Positions 42,185 to 56,856 are shown, counted from the first letter of the stretch. The stretch: 64,000 bases of DNA from Eledone cirrhosa (GCA_964016885.1 OZ024761.1:2604001-2668000); one strand, 5' to 3'. A program made the numbers and translations. The notes: a model not told the origin generated them from the sequence alone.

Positions 42185-42565
42185 TTGGATTGACAGTATC
42201 GGTAGAGGGTCGGACGCCAAGCTTTGCAGCATAGATTTATGTCCCTTTACGGTCTAAGTTCAAATCATGCCGAGGTTAACTTTGCCATTCATCCTTACGG
42301 GGGTCGATAAAATAAAGTACCAGTAATACACTGATATAATTGCTGGCCTCTTGCCAAAAATAGAAACAATTATATATACATACATATATATGTCTAAAGT
42401 CTAAAGTCTCACTTAAGCCTGCAGGCTCAGTCGGATAGAATTAATGCTTTCTTCGATATTCATTCCAGCTCTCTGCTGTCTGAGTTCAAATTCCACCAAA
42501 GTCAACTTTGTCTTTCATCCATTTAAGTTCGATAAAAAAGAACCAGTCAAGTACTGGGGTTGATT
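42185..42565 (+). mobile_element. Two SINE copies (42185-42373, 42430-42565)
   Basis: SINE head and core. Confidence 0.85.
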
Positions 42566-43059
42566 CTTCCTCTATATCTCTTTCTCACTTCATCTCTTTC
42601 ATTCTCTGTCCTTTGCTGGAACAAACCTGCTATATTCAGACCTGGAGAGAAGGTTTTTAAAGAAGTGTCATAGAAACTGGGTCCCTACGATTTCGTCAGG
42701 AGTTACGGGACCCAGCATGTATGTATTCCATTCTGTAGTAGTAGTAATATTATTGCAACGTGGTTATAGAGCAACAAGAAATACTCACACAAGGATCAGA
42801 TCTAAAACTAATATTGAAAGTTGCAGGAGGGAAGGTGAAAATGATGGCATATAATTACATGGAGGTGGTGTGTAACAATGTTTTCTCTCGACATCTGCAA
42901 TGAATCACTTTTTAGAGAGAGAGAGAGAGAGAGAGATCTGGAAAAATAATTGGTCGAGATAATTGACTTCAGCAGTTAATAACTGACGTCATAAAATGTC
43001 ATTGGTGAAATGTCATCTGCTACAACTTTAGACAGTCTTAACAAAAATATAGGCCCGTA

Positions 43060-43530
43060 CCCCCGACATACCGCTCTCAACGACGCAGCTGGCTTTCCAT
43101 CCCAACTGGAACCAGCAGGCCTTGACCGTGGAGACGACAAGCGTCCCGATAGAATCACCCTCTTCCCATTCGAAGGTGGTAGATCCCTCCTCTCGGACGT
43201 CGCATGTTGTGACACGTTCTCCGCCTCCAGCTTAGTCGCTTCGCCCACAAACCCCGGTACTGTGGCCCGCCATGGAAAGGAAGATAAACAAATACTGGGG
43301 ATTATCCGGCCGATTCCTCTTCGCACCGGTCGCCATCGAGACCTCAGGCGTTCTTGGACCCCATATTGTCGAACTCCTCCGCAAGATCAGAACGTCAACA
43401 GCCCGTCTGAGGCAGGAGCCCCGCGGGGTGGAGTGGCGGCTGCAGCGGGTGCTGCTGGCCATTGTCCCCGTGAAAGCTTTTGCAGTCTTGTCCGCGGAGT
43501 GCAGCCGCTTTACCAGCACGCCCTAGGCCT
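43060..43530 (+). mobile_element. CRE-type LINE endonuclease fragment, frameshifted
   Basis: RHTALND..LEPAGLDRGDDKRPDRITLFPFEGGRSLLSDV..DTF; KINKY..FAPVAIETSGVLG..LQRV. Confidence 0.85.
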
Positions 43531-43753
43531 AGAGCCCATCACTCTCCCCCTCTCATTCTTCTGTGACACTAGAGTCCTTGCTATTCCCTCCCTTTATTTT
43601 TCTTTTTTCTTTATATTTTCCTATTTTACATTTCTTTATTGATGTTTCAGCTGTCACCGACTTCAGTAATTCTTTTCTACCAACTGTGAAACAGTTCTCG
43701 TCCTGTAGGAGTCGTTAAAAACATTAAAATACCGATACTCTAGCGCTAACAAC

Positions 43754-43784
<31 letters not shown>

Positions 43785-43796
<12 letters not shown>

Positions 43797-44480
43797 TGAG
43801 GATGTCTGTCTGTGTGTGTGTGAGTTTGAATCCCTAAAACTAGAGAAGCACCCAACCGACTGTTTTCAGACTTTACACATGTAATACTTATGTTTCAGGG
43901 AGTGTTCTGAGAAAAAAAAAACTTCAAATTTTCAATGCCCTAGGGACCGCATTAGTGATCTCTTTCTATAATTCTTAGTCTTTCTCTTTTTAGATAGATA
44001 CATACATATAACGTCGCGCCCTTATAATATCTGTCTGTATGTCTGCATTACGTCACTTCCCTGAGGAGGTCTGTCTGTGTGTGTGTGTATGTGTGTGTGT
44101 GTGTTTGTGAGTTTGAATCCCTAAAACTCGAGAAGTACCCAACCAATATTTTCAAACTTTACATGTGTATTACTTATGTTTCAGGGAGTGTTATGCACAT
44201 AAAAAATTCAACTTTTTAATCTCCTAGCCCGCATTAGGTGAAAAACTGCGTTTTTGAAGCTTTTTTGGGGTTTTTTTGAGGTGTTATGTCAGACTGATTT
44301 CCTTGAAATTGTAACTATGTATTAGTCAGTCTCTTCGTCATACCGTGAGCAAAGAAAATCTAACTTTTTAGAAAATCCAGCTTTTTAGGGCTTTTTGGAG
44401 GCGTTACGTATAGCCGATTTTCCCGAAATTTCAAGGCATATTATGCACATAAAAAAAAAATTATTTTCTTGATCCCCTAG
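43785..44480 (+). mobile_element. Non-autonomous Helitron-like element with internal duplications
   Basis: tatatataaaactgaggatgtctgtctgtgtgtg start typical of Helitron-N families; 43800-43950 repeated at 44067-44235; no 3' CTAG hairpin confirmed. Confidence 0.5.
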
Positions 44481-47400
44481 GTGAAAACCTGCATTTTTCC
44501 TGCTTCATCGAGGAAAATCTTAAGGGGAACCCCAAAAATCTTAAAAAAACAGAAGAGACAAAAAAAAACACAAAAACAAAAATATCTACAGAAAACACGC
44601 CCCCCCCCCCATAAATACACCGCCACAAACGATAAACACACCACCAACACAATCAGCACCAACACACCCAAACACTTCACCAACAAAACAAACATCCACA
44701 GCACCACAATCACAAACCCCAACCACAATCACAAACCCCAACCATAAAAAGAAAACTACAAACAGAAACAGCACACATAAAAAACAAAACACATTACACA
44801 TACATAAGAACAACAAACAAAGAATTGGTAGAAACTGTCCGAAAGGACCCTACTATCCAAACGGAAGGAAAAACCTTCCCCACCAACGACCGACCCCCAA
44901 ACCTCAAACTGATTAGGGTAACAACCCTACAACATGAATCATTGAAAGGGACCTTCTCACATGATGTGGACCCCTTGCCAAAAACCCCTTAACCGTGACC
45001 TGCTAAAAGGATTCCCTCCCTCCCCAAACACCCCCAATCTGGACATGGAGATCGAACAACCCGACCTCGAGGAAACGAAAAGCTAAGTGTTCCTGCCTTT
45101 TCTCTCCCTAACTCTTCTTCACCAACATGGCGACTATACAAGTTGGATGTTTGAATGTACGTGGCCTGAGCATGCCCTGGAAATAGGGCCAGCTTTTAAA
45201 TGATCTCAGGTCACATTGTATAGATGTGATAGCCATCACCGAGTCCAGGATTCACGACAAGCAGCAACTAACCCCCATGTTCGATGACTTTGAGATCTAC
45301 GCATCTCTCTGTCAGACAGGAGGTGGAGAGGGAGTTGCTGTTCTGTTTCGAAAACACTTGGATCTCAAAGCACAAACGATTCACTTGGACCCGGAGGGCA
45401 GCTTGGTGGTCGTGGACGTAAATGGTAGTGAAGGTGGAGCTTTCAGACTGGTGGCCGTATATGCCCCGACTGGGACATCACGACCAGAGTTCTTCAAGTG
45501 TCTGGAGCCATTCCTGGGAACGTCTCACTCCTTAGTATTAGCGGGGGACTGGAATGGCATTTTAGATGCACGTTGGGACTATGTAGGAACTTGTGATAAT
45601 AGAGAGGGGTGGGTGTAATAGCCTCAAAAATCTCATCAGCCAATTCCAACTGGCCGATAGATATCAACTAGACTTCCCAAGTGTACCACTGTGGACGTGA
45701 AGCAACCGCACTGGGTCTTCTAGATTGTATTTAGATAGATTTTTAATTAGACAGAAAGATAAGGAAACATTAAGCTGCCCACAAATGCACATGGTTGCCT
45801 ATTCAGACCACAAATTAGTCACCTGCGTAGTCAACCTTGATAGAACACATAGACAAGGACCCGGATACTGGAAGCTAAACATGTCGCTTCTGGCGCGTAA
45901 GGCCTACAGTAAACGGATTAGCACCTTAGTTAAGTGCCAGTTGACGGGGGCGATCGTCAACAACGGGTGGTGGAGCTCTCTCAAGAGAGCAATTAGAATA
46001 GAATCGATAGCATTTAGCAAGGAAGTAGCTTTAGAAAAAAATAAAACCGAAAAGGAACTGGTAGCTAAAGTAGAAGAGGCACTTAGGAATGGCAGTACAG
46101 CTGACTAGCGGCGAGAACGATACTAGACCAGTCCTTCAACGTGAAACACGAAGGTTTTATTGTCAGAAGTAGAACACGTGCTCTAAGAAACGAGGGAGCC
46201 AAAGCTGTGAGCTGGGCCCGAGTGGGAGAGGCGAAAAGTGGCTACAAATCCACAATTCGGTCTTTGCAAGACAAAGATTGACGCATTCTACTTGAATCCA
46301 AGCATATGTGCACGGCCTTCCAGTAGCATTTTGCATAACTGTTCGGGCAAAGCTGTACGTCAAGGGAGGTGATGGACTTCAGCTCCTACCTCGACGGCGT
46401 ATCACGACTCTCGAGCACGGATGCGGAGAGCTGCGAAAGGCCGATCACAGCGGACGGAATAGAAGATGCCCTAGGCCGCTGTGGGAAACGCAAATCACCC
46501 GGTTTAGATGGTCTACCCTATGAATTTTACATAGGTATGCCAGTCTTGTTCTCTGGCGTCCTCGAAGCGGTCTACTGCAACTGGCAGCAGAACGGGAGGA
46601 TTCCCAGTTCTGTAGGCAGAGGTGTAGTAACGCTGATCAGGAAAGATGAGAACAAGGGGGATGAGATAAACAATTTCAGGCTCATAACAGTGCACAACAC
46701 AGAGTTAAAGATTTTGGCGAAGGTGTTAGCAGCGAGGCTGGCGCTTGTCGTCGAGAACCTGGTAGGGGAAGCGCAAACGTGTGCAATCCCGACCACGTCC
46801 ATACACGACAACCTCCACCTCATGCGATACATCATAGAGAAAGTAGGGTGTAAACCTGGCTTCGGTGGGGTTCTGATTAATTTAGATTAATCTAAGGCAT
46901 TTGATAGGGTCGACCATCAATATTTGGAAGCGGTTCTAAGGTGGCCGGCTTTGGTCTCGTTTTCAGAGGCTGGATCGCTGCCATACACACCAGCACCTGA
47001 TCGGCAATCAAGGTGAATGGCTAATTATCGGAGCCATTCCAAATCATGCGTTCCATCCGTCAGGGTGCCCTCTCTCCTCCATTCTGTATGTACTGACTCT
47101 CGAGCCATTACTGCGGAAGTTGGAGCTGTTGCAGAGCATCCCGATCGAACCAGGACTGCGGAAAGCAGCCTCTGCCTATGCCGTAATGGTGCCGAAATCC
47201 TCGGGCATCGGGGTAATCGGCAACCTATTACAGGAATACGAAACGTTGACAGGAGCAATACTAAACCCAAACAAGTCTGTCGGTTTGCAACTCGGCACAT
47301 GGTGAGGCAAACCCATGCCTTCCGACAGTGTCGTTGGACGCTGGACGGAAGGACCGGTGAAATTGCTCGGGGTCTAGTTTGGTCCAGACCTCCAGGTGGA

Positions 47401-48772
47401 CAAGAACTGGAACGAGGTCACGGCGATGGTGTTTGCACTCACCCAGAAGTGGGCTGAGTGCAAACTCTCCTTGAAAGGTCGAGCGGAGGTGGCGAACACT
47501 TACATAGCGTCCGTCATCTACTACCGCTTGACACTCGTGCCTTGTCCCCGCGAATACCTCACCAAAATGGAACGCCTATTCTTCAAGTTCCTCTGGAAGA
47601 AACAGGCTCCATTGGTGAGGAGATCCATCTGCTGTCAACACCCTTCTAACGGAGGGCTGGGGTGCCATGGCTGATGATGTGAAAACACGCGCTGCGGCTA
47701 CGCCATCTCCAGGTGTTCCTGACCAGCGAAGCGGTGTGGCTGTCGTTTGTGAGACGAGCTCTTCCACAACTCGTCTCACTAACAGAGCTGCAGTCTTGGG
47801 TCAAGCGAAGACCGAAAATGGGCGCCTCGCACCTCGAGTGCCTTCAGGCGCTCACAGCCCTCTGCCAAGCGGAAACGGCAATCAGCGGAGACTCCTCTTC
47901 GACATTCTATAGGGGATTAGTGGAGGATAAGTGTGACGACGTTCTCGAGGAAACTCTAGGCATCGAAGAAGACGAACTGACCAGTCTGTTCGGGAGGACT
48001 TTCTGTTCAGGGCCTATGGATAACTTCCAGAGGTCTCTGGCCTGGCAGTGCTACCGAGGAGCTCTACCAGTTCGAGACAAAATCTACAGGCACGGACGCC
48101 CTGGCAGAGATCCTGCCCAAAGGACCTGTCCAAGATGTGAGCAGGACATCGAAACCGTTCTGCACGCAATTGTTCAGTGCCCAGGGGTGACCGACCTGTG
48201 GAATTATGTCGAACAGCTACTGTCACGTGTGGGACGCATCCAGTTGTCAGCCGAGTCCATCGTGAGGATCACCCCACCGCCTTCATTTAAGAATGAAGGT
48301 GAGGTGGTCTTCCTCTGTCTGATAGCTATGGCGAAAGAAGTAATATGGTGGACGAAGTTAAAAGGACTGAGGGCAAGCACCTTTCTCTCCGGACAACAAC
48401 TCATCTCCTTCTTTAAGTACCACTTCAGAAGGAAGGTGAGAGTGGAGAGAGAGGTGCTACACCACAGTAAATTCGCTGAAAGGTGGGTGAATGGGCCTTC
48501 TCTGTATATAAACCTGTAGGTTGAGGAAGATAGACAGAGGGAAGACGGGAACACCTACAAAACGTGTTCCTGGTGTTGAGGGTTGTTATATCCACGGGGT
48601 GTAAAACAACACCGCAGTAGCGTTACCCCCCTCCCCCCAATGGGGATTTCAATTGTTTTATTTTTATATAGTTTATTGTTATTTATCACTGTTAAATATT
48701 TTTATGTAAAACCCCCGCCGTCACGTCTTGTAATGTCCCATTTTTGTACGCCCCTGTGGCAAATAAAGAAAG
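44480..48772 (+). mobile_element. Near-complete decayed Tx1/L1-type LINE (ORF1 tail; ORF2 45127-48519 with APE, RT and CCHC) followed by (CTAT)n
   Basis: MATIQVGCLNVRGL; AITES; GDWN; LDRF; SDH; WKLN; KSPGLDGLPYEFY; NLD*SKAFDRVDH; CPRC..HAIVQC; many stops and frameshifts. Confidence 0.95.
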
Positions 48773-48773
48773 A

Positions 48774-48847
<74 letters not shown>

Positions 48848-49631
48848 ACTTTTAAATTCCATCTGTGATAACATTTTACACGTTTTTATTGTATGTAAAC
48901 TTCCCCCTTTGTATTTGTCCCCTTCTTTTGTGCCCCTGTGGCTAATAAAGAAATATATCTATCTATCTATCTATCTGTCCATATATGTATCTATTTTATG
49001 TCGGGTTACTCTTGAGTGCTACTGGTAAATAGTAAACCACTACAATCTGTCGCATGGTCAGGCCGTCGGCGACTAAACCGGCAACCCCACCAAGTTTACT
49101 TGGTGAGGAGGGTGATTTTGGACACTCTGCAGGACAAAAAACTAAACCTGACAAAGGGTGGAAGAACTCATAAAAGTCAACGGCCATCCAAAAGTGTTTA
49201 AATATGTATATACACATGTACATATGTATGTACATGTGTATATATATAGGTGCATGTGTGTATATATGCGCGGGGACATAGAAAAAGTCGGGCTGGACAC
49301 CCGATCGCGCAGTTAAACCACTGGGAGTGAAGGACCCTAGCCTTTGTCAGGGCATTCTTCTAGGAGAAGGCAACTCAGGAAACTGGGATAACTCCGATAT
49401 AAAACCTGCGGCTCAGTAGTTACCGATGATGTTGATCTTTTCTTCTTTTCGGGTTATAGCTAGTGTCGTTCAGAGAGTGGGATTGGCTCAGTGCACAGTC
49501 TTTCCTCATTTTAAAAAATTATCTTCACGCACAGGCATTGCACGATAGAATTAATTAACAATTATTAATAATGGTATATCATGCAATGACCATACTCGAT
49601 AACGAGGGGGCAGCCATCATGTACCTATATA

Positions 49632-49856
<225 letters not shown>

Positions 49857-50279
49857 ATATATATATATTACTAAATGTGAAGAGTAAAATGTAGATATAA
49901 AACTGTTAATGGCTGCTGTATTTCGTCAAGTTGGTATTATTTGATGGAAGGAATCCTGTGACACGAACTGATCTAATTTTGAAAGATGTGTTTTCTACAT
50001 ACTTCGTAGTGTTATGATCGATCACCATCGATTATCATCCATCCCGGCAGTCAATTATAGTTTGAAGAAAATAAGCAACAAAGAAGATGAAGACGACGAC
50101 GGGGGCAAGGACAGGGGCAGAAGCAACAACGAAGATGATGAGGGTCAGAACAGAAGCTACAACAACAACAACAACAATGACGAGGACAACAACGAAAAAA
50201 GGAACAAGGAAAAAAAAAAGAAAAAGAACGCCGCTAACACTACCACCACCACCGCCACCATCACCATAACAACACATCA

Positions 50280-50617
50280 ATGACAAGGACGACGAAGTCG
50301 ACAGCAATAAGTACAACAACATCAACAACAACATAAACAACAGTAACAACATCATCAACAGCAACAGCAGCAGCAACAACACCAACAACAACAACGCCAA
50401 CAACAACAGCAGCACCACCACCAACAACAACAACAACAGTAACAACAGTAACAACAATAACAACATCAACAGTAACAACAGCAACAGTAACAACAACAGC
50501 AACAGTAACAACAGTAACAACAATATCAACATCAACACTATCAACACCAGCAACAACAGCAGCAACAACATCAACAACAACGTCAACAACAACAGCAACA
50601 ACAACAGCAGCAGCAGC

Positions 50618-50649
<32 letters not shown>

Positions 50650-50712
50650 TAACAACAGCAACAGTAACAACAACAGCAACAGTAACAACAGCAACAACAA
50701 CGTCAACAACAC
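50280..50712. repeat. (AAC/AGC)n repeat
   Basis: Direct reading. Confidence 0.95.
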
Positions 50713-51039
50713 AAATTATCTTCGGTCGACGCACCGATTGTTTGACATACCACGATAACAAGTCAGCAGATTGGAAGAATCAGTAGAGCGCTCGATGGAA
50801 CCTCTGGCGGTATTTATTCTCCGCTGTTCTGAGTTTGAATCCCGTCATCGAGGTAACTTTTATCTCTCATCCATCTTCGAATTCTAAAAGTCTTGCGGTA
50901 TTTCTTTTTCTTTAGTCGTTCAGTGCGTTAAAATCCCGTAATGGTCTACTTGGGGAGGGGTGGGGGTGAAAACATCCATTTGACCCCTTTACGTATCTGT
51001 ATCAGTCAGCTGCTCAACATTACCAAACTCAATTGTCAA

Positions 51040-51260
51040 GTCAAGAGTACGGTCATATAAAAATATCAACTCGTGGTGTGAGCACCACTTCCTGGAAGGA
51101 AGGTTGGCTGGTAAGAGAAGCAGAGGTCGGCAGCCAAAACGATGGCTTGACAATGTCAACTTATGGACTGGACTTGATCTTTGCTCTTTAAACTCTGCTG
51201 CTGGTGATCGAACTTTGTGGAGAGAGATATCACATGTTAGTGCGCAGTCTGCAACTGGCG
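51040..51260 (+). mobile_element. RTE-clade LINE C-terminal fragment
   Basis: FLEGRLAGKRSRGRQPKRWLDNVNLWTGL..AAGDRTLWR. Confidence 0.7.
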
Positions 51261-51520
51261 GAGTTTAGCGAAGAAGAGAGAGGGAATCTAAACCTGCGAA
51301 GAAAAGAAGTGGTAGGACCAGAAAACGAAACCTGGTCTTGAAAACAGGTGAAAGTATTATGGGAGATGGAGATTAAAACGGATAAACTTAAGCGAAGGAA
51401 GCACTCAATACAGAGAAAGGCGGGTATTGCTGGCTCAATTGCTATCAAAGAACGCGAAGGAGTAGAAGCTTATCAAGACCTGAAATACATCTGTTGGGGG
51501 CCCTCATTGATGTGATCTAT

Positions 51521-52720
51521 ATTGGTTTCAGATTTAGGTCAACAGTTGCTTTTTGGGAGGGGAATGTAGATTAAATCGACCCCAATGTGTCACTGGTACT
51601 ATATTTTATCGACGACCCCGTAAGAATGAAATGCAAAGCTAACCTCGGCGAGATTTGAACTCAGAACGCAAAGGGACGTAACTAGATGCTTCAAAGCATG
51701 TCATCCGATGCTCCACCGATTCTAACTTTTACCGCCACCATGTGATCTATATTAACGACATTTTGTGAAAGAATTTGTTCACACTTATTTGAACCTTAGA
51801 GCTGCAAATGTTTATATTCGTTTATTTATTTGTTTATTTACATGTTACTTGTTGGTGGTTTGTTCTATGTGCGTGTGTGTTTTCATTTTGTCCTTAATTG
51901 TAAGTTGTGATGTTGCTGTTCCATTCATGAACAGCAACATCACAACTTACAATTAAGGACAAAATGAAAACACACACGCACATAGAACAAACCACCAACA
52001 AGTAACATGTAAATAAACAAATAAATAAACGAATATAAACACACACAGACACCCGGATGTAGCACATGCGCAAACTAAGCACACAACACACACACAAAAA
52101 CAAGATGGCGTAGGGAAGAACAAAGGAGAGGCACAAAAACAAAGAAAAGAATCCCCAGTCCCTGAAGAGGTCACAGAATGTGTGACGAAAGAACTTTGAC
52201 AATATATAAACAATCATCTGGTTGTGGAACCAACCAACCAACCGGAAATTTATAAATTCCTAAATTTATAAATTTATTATTATAAATTGAAGTGTATTAC
52301 TGGTACTTTATTTTATCGACCCCGTAAGGATGAAAGGCAAAGTTAACCTCGGCGGGATTTGAACTCAGAATGGCAAGAGCCGTAACTCTATGCGTCAAAG
52401 CATGGCGTCCGACCCTCTACCGATACTGCCAATTCACCGCCCTTATATTATTATATTATTATATAGGATGTGGATTGGCAGTATCGGTAGAGGGTCGGAC
52501 GCCATGCTTTCTAGCATAGTTACGTCCCTTTACAGTCTGAGTTCAAATCCCGCCGAGGTTGACTTTGCCTTTCATCCTTACGAGGTCGATAAAATAAAGT
52601 ACCAGTAATGTACTGAGTAATTGCTGGCCTTGTGCCTAAAGTAGAAACAATTATATTATATAATTGTTTCTACTTTAGGCACAAGGCCAGCAATTACCCA
52701 GTGCATTACTGGTACTTTAT
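51521..52720. mobile_element. SINE copies (51521-51737 -, 52293-52442 -, 52470-52653 +, 52660-52720 -)
   Basis: SINE head, core and tail matches. Confidence 0.85.
52158..52200 (+). ncRNA. Type I hammerhead
   Basis: gtcc CTGAAGA g-gtcaca-gaatg-tgtgac GAAAG aa CTT tgac; first stem I pair mismatched. Confidence 0.7.
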
Positions 52721-52729
52721 TAGTATGTC

Positions 52730-52774
<45 letters not shown>

Positions 52775-52775
52775 A

Positions 52776-54715
52776 TAAGGCGTTCGATAGGGTCGACCAT
52801 GGTTACCTGGATGCGGTGCTAGCGACGGCAGGCTTCGGACCCGTTTTCAGGGGCTGGATCACTGCTATGCACAGCAGCCGCATCTGCTCTAGGGTCAAGG
52901 TGAACGGCTACCTCTCGGAGCCGTTCAAAATCGCGCGGTCCATCCGACAAGGGTGCCCTCTCTCCTCCCTTCTGTATGTGTTGACTCTCGAGCCACTACT
53001 GCGGAAGTTGGAGTTGTTGCAGGGCATCCCCTTGGAACCGGGATGGCGGAAAGCGGTGTCGGCCTACGCCGATGACGTGACAGTAATGGTGTCGACGGCC
53101 TCCGAAATCGAGGCGGTCGGCACCTTACTGGAGGAGTACGAAAGGTTCACAGGGGCTAAGCTGAACCGGGACAAGTCGATCGGTTTGCAACTCGGCACGT
53201 GGAGGGGCAGACCGATGCCCTCCGATAGCGTCGTCGGACGCTGGACGGAGGGCCCGGTGAAGTTGCTCGGGGTCTGGTTCGGACCGGACCTCCAGGTGGA
53301 GAAAAACTGGGCGGAGGTTACGAACAGGGTGTTTGCACTGACCCAGAAGTGGGCCAGTTGCAAACTATCCCTGAAAGGTCGGGCGGAAGTGGCGAACACC
53401 TACATAGCGTCCGTCATCTACTACCGCCTGACCGTAGTGCCCTGCCCAAGGGAAACCCTCACCAAGATGGAGCGCGCGCTCTTCCAATTCCTTTGGAAGA
53501 GGCGGGCTCCTATGGTGAGGAGATCCATCTGCTGTCAACACCCTTCGAAAGGAGGGCTGGGGATGCCGTGGCTAATGATGCGTAAACACGCATTAAGGCT
53601 ACGGCACCTCTACGTATTCCTCACCGGACAACCGGTGTGGGCCTCGTTTGTGAGACGAACCTTTCCCAGACTCGTCTCACTCACCGAGCTGCAATCCTGG
53701 GTCAAGCAAAGACCGAGAAAACTGGGCGCCTGGCACACTGAGTGTGCCCAGGCGCTCACCGCCCTCCGGCAGGCGGATCCGGTTATCAGTGGAGACTCCA
53801 CTGCAACATTCTATAGAGGGCTGGTACGCAGCAGGTGCGACGACGCCCTCGGAGAAGCCCTAGACATGGAGGAGGACGAACTGGCCAGCCTGTTCGGTAG
53901 GACATTCAGCCCAGGACCTATGGACAATTTCCAGAAGTCCCTGGCCTGGCAGTGCTACCGAGGGGCTTTACCCGTTCGAGAAAGGCTCTACAGACACGGG
54001 CGCCCGGGTAGGGACCCCGCCAAAAAGATCTGTCCCAGATGCGTGTGCGACGAGGAAACCGTTGCACACGCATTGGTACACTGCTCGGGCGTAGCCGATC
54101 TGTGGGGCTATGTCGAACAACTGCTGTCAAGGGTGGGACCGATCCGGTTGACCACCGAGTCTATTGTAATGATCAAGCCGCCCCCCCCCCCCCTTCAAAG
54201 ATGAAGCAGAGGCGGTGTTTCTGTGCGTAATAGCCATGGCGAAAGAGGTTGTATGGTGGACGCGTCTGAAAGGACTGAGGTCAGGCACCTTTCTCTCTGG
54301 CCAACAACTGGTCCGTTTCTTCCGATATCATTTCGGAAGAAGGATCAGGATGGAGAGAGAGGTGCTGCACCCCAGCCGTTTCTATGAAAGATGGGTGAAA
54401 GTGGCGAGAATGGCCCGTGTGAATGGGCCTTCACTCTACATCAGACTATAGGTGAGGAAGATGAAAGACCAAGGGAGCACCCCTTCTCTGTGCTCCTGAG
54501 GAGAAGGGTTGCACACTTTTTTCGGGGGTGTGTGCGACCCCCCAAGGCGCCTCCTCTCTATTGAGGATTTTGTTAAAAATTTTATTTTTTGTTATATCTT
54601 ATTTTATTTTTATATTTTGTTATTGCCTCCTCCTTATTGAGGACGCCTTTTTGTGTAAACTCCCCCCTTTGTACTTGTCCCACTTTTGATGCCCTAGTGG
54701 CAAATAAAAGAAACA
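52776..54715 (+). mobile_element. 5'-truncated, relatively young Tx1/L1-type LINE between (CTAT)n tracts
   Basis: 462-aa open frame with IRQGCPLS, AYADD, LNRDKS, KGGLG, CPRC..HALVHC; single frameshift in the C-run near 54181-54193. Confidence 0.95.
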
Positions 54716-54799
54716 TATCTATCTATATATCTATCTATCTCCCTACCTATATATATATGTCTATATCTATCTACCTACCTACCTATCTATCTATCTATC

Positions 54800-55532
54800 G
54801 TTGATATTAGACATATGTTACTTCGGCTGCAGCCTTTTTGGATTTGTATTACGTTTATGACTGTGAGTTTGTGTTTCATTTGTTTTATTTGTGTGACCTA
54901 ACCTCCCGCCTGGACTTGTAGACGAGTGGTTATTTTATTTTTACCCCTTTTGGGGGGTAAAAACTACTTTGAAAAATTTGTGTACAAACTTACAATAATG
55001 GACACCATACATGAAAACACCACTGCCCCCCCCCCCCCCCAGGGAAAGTGGTAAAGAGGAGCAAGTAACTCAACCTACTGAAGCTTCCCTTCTCTCGCTT
55101 TCGCATGCGAGTATGGAAGCGGATTTGGCGAACAATTGTAAAAACTTGGGTAATAACCTAAACAATGGAAACAGTAAATTGAAAGAATGTATAAATTACA
55201 CTGACACCAACAACACCAACATAAATAACAAAGAAAATAACACAAACACACACAAAAGCGAAAACAGCAGCAACAATGACAAAGAAAACAACACAAATGT
55301 GAACTCAAAACACGAAAAAATGGGTGAAAACCCAAAAAACTGGACCGCAAACAACAACAACCAAAACGCAAAAACCCAAGAAAACAAGAACAACAGCAAC
55401 GAAACACAAAAAAAGACCTCACTACACGAATATCCTTTGCCCAGGTCGTTAAGGAGACCGAACTTTTTGTGTAAACTCCCCCCTTGTACTTGTCCCACTT
55501 TTGATGCCCTGGTGGCAAATAAAAGAAACATA
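54800..55532 (+). mobile_element. Internally deleted Tx1 derivative (putative 5' UTR and ORF1 start fused to the 3' tail)
   Basis: 55465-55532 matches the 3' end at 54648-54715; upstream Asn/Lys-rich ORF resembles the ORF1 region composition. Confidence 0.6.
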
Positions 55533-55717
55533 TCTATATATATGTTAGTATGTCTATATCTATCTACCTATCTATATATATGTTAGTATGTCTATATCTA
55601 TCTACCTATCTATATACACACACAAACACATATCTGTGTTAATAGTATATACAAATACTTTTATTCGGCATATATCCACCCAGTAATTGAGCTGTCCATA
55701 TATTTAAAGAAAGGAAG

Positions 55718-55823
<106 letters not shown>

Positions 55824-56002
55824 GGGAGTATATTGGGGAAAAGACGGAATATCTGGTCGGTCCTTAAAGAGAACAATCATGTCTGATTTCGAAGCTTTAC
55901 TAAATAACTCATGAAACAGTTTATAGATTTTAATATCTAACGTTTCTAGTTTCTTACAAATTTTATGACTCTTCAGACTGTTTTCCACTATAATTGAGAA
56001 TG

Positions 56003-56856
56003 CTTCTTATTCTTCTTCTTCTTCTTCTTCTTCTTCTTCTTCTTCTTCTTCTTCTTCTTCTTCTTCTTCTTCTTCTTCTTGAGAGGGTCGTGGAGGCAGA
56101 GTCCTCAACCACTCCTTCCAGTGGGTCCTGTCAGAAGCAACTGATCCAACTGGATCCTCATGCGAGACCAGCCAAGCTCATGGAAAGCTCATGGATGTTA
56201 TCCAACCATCTTGCTCTGGGTCTCTTACCTGTTGGTTTTGCCCGTAAAATCTGTCCAGAGATTCTTTCCTGAGACATTCTAACCACATGTCCATAGTATC
56301 AGAGCTGTGATCTCTCAATTCAGAGATTCTTTCTTGTGACATTCTAACCACATGTCCATAGTATCAGAGCTGTGATCTCTCAATTCAGAGATTCTTTCAT
56401 GTGACATTCTAACCACATGTCCATAGTATCAGAGCTGTGATCTCTCAATTCAGAGATTCTTTCTTGTGACATTCTAACCACATGTCCATAGTATCAGAGC
56501 TGTGATCTCTCAATTCAGAGATTCTTTCTTGTGACATTCTAACCACATGTCCATAGTATCAGAGCTGTGATCTCTCAATTCAGAGATTCTTTCTTGAGAC
56601 ATTCTAACCACATATCCATAGTATCAGAGCTGTGATCTCTCAATTCAGAGATTCTTTCTTGAGACATTCTAACCACATGTCCATAGTATCAGAGCTGTGA
56701 TCTCTCAATTCAGAGATTCTTTCCTGAGACATTCTAACCACATGTCCATAGTATCAGAGCTGTGATCTCTCAATTCAGAGATTCTTTCTTGAGACATTCT
56801 AACCACATGCCCATAGTATGAGAGCTGTGATCTCTCAATTTGGAGAAGTAGCGGCT
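56003..56856 (-). mobile_element. RTE LINE 3' end with (GAA)n tail and internal 65-bp x9 amplification (56256-56840)
   Basis: Homologous to 14100-14340; IERSQL..YGHVVRMSQER..KPTGKRPRARWLDNIHEL. Confidence 0.85.

Noticed and set aside
49000-49100. HDV-like ribozyme at a putative RTE 5' end
   Set aside because: Could not assemble the nested double pseudoknot by eye
50014-50283. Acidic/basic ORF
   Set aside because: Degenerate triplet-repeat sequence continuous with the (AAC)n tract
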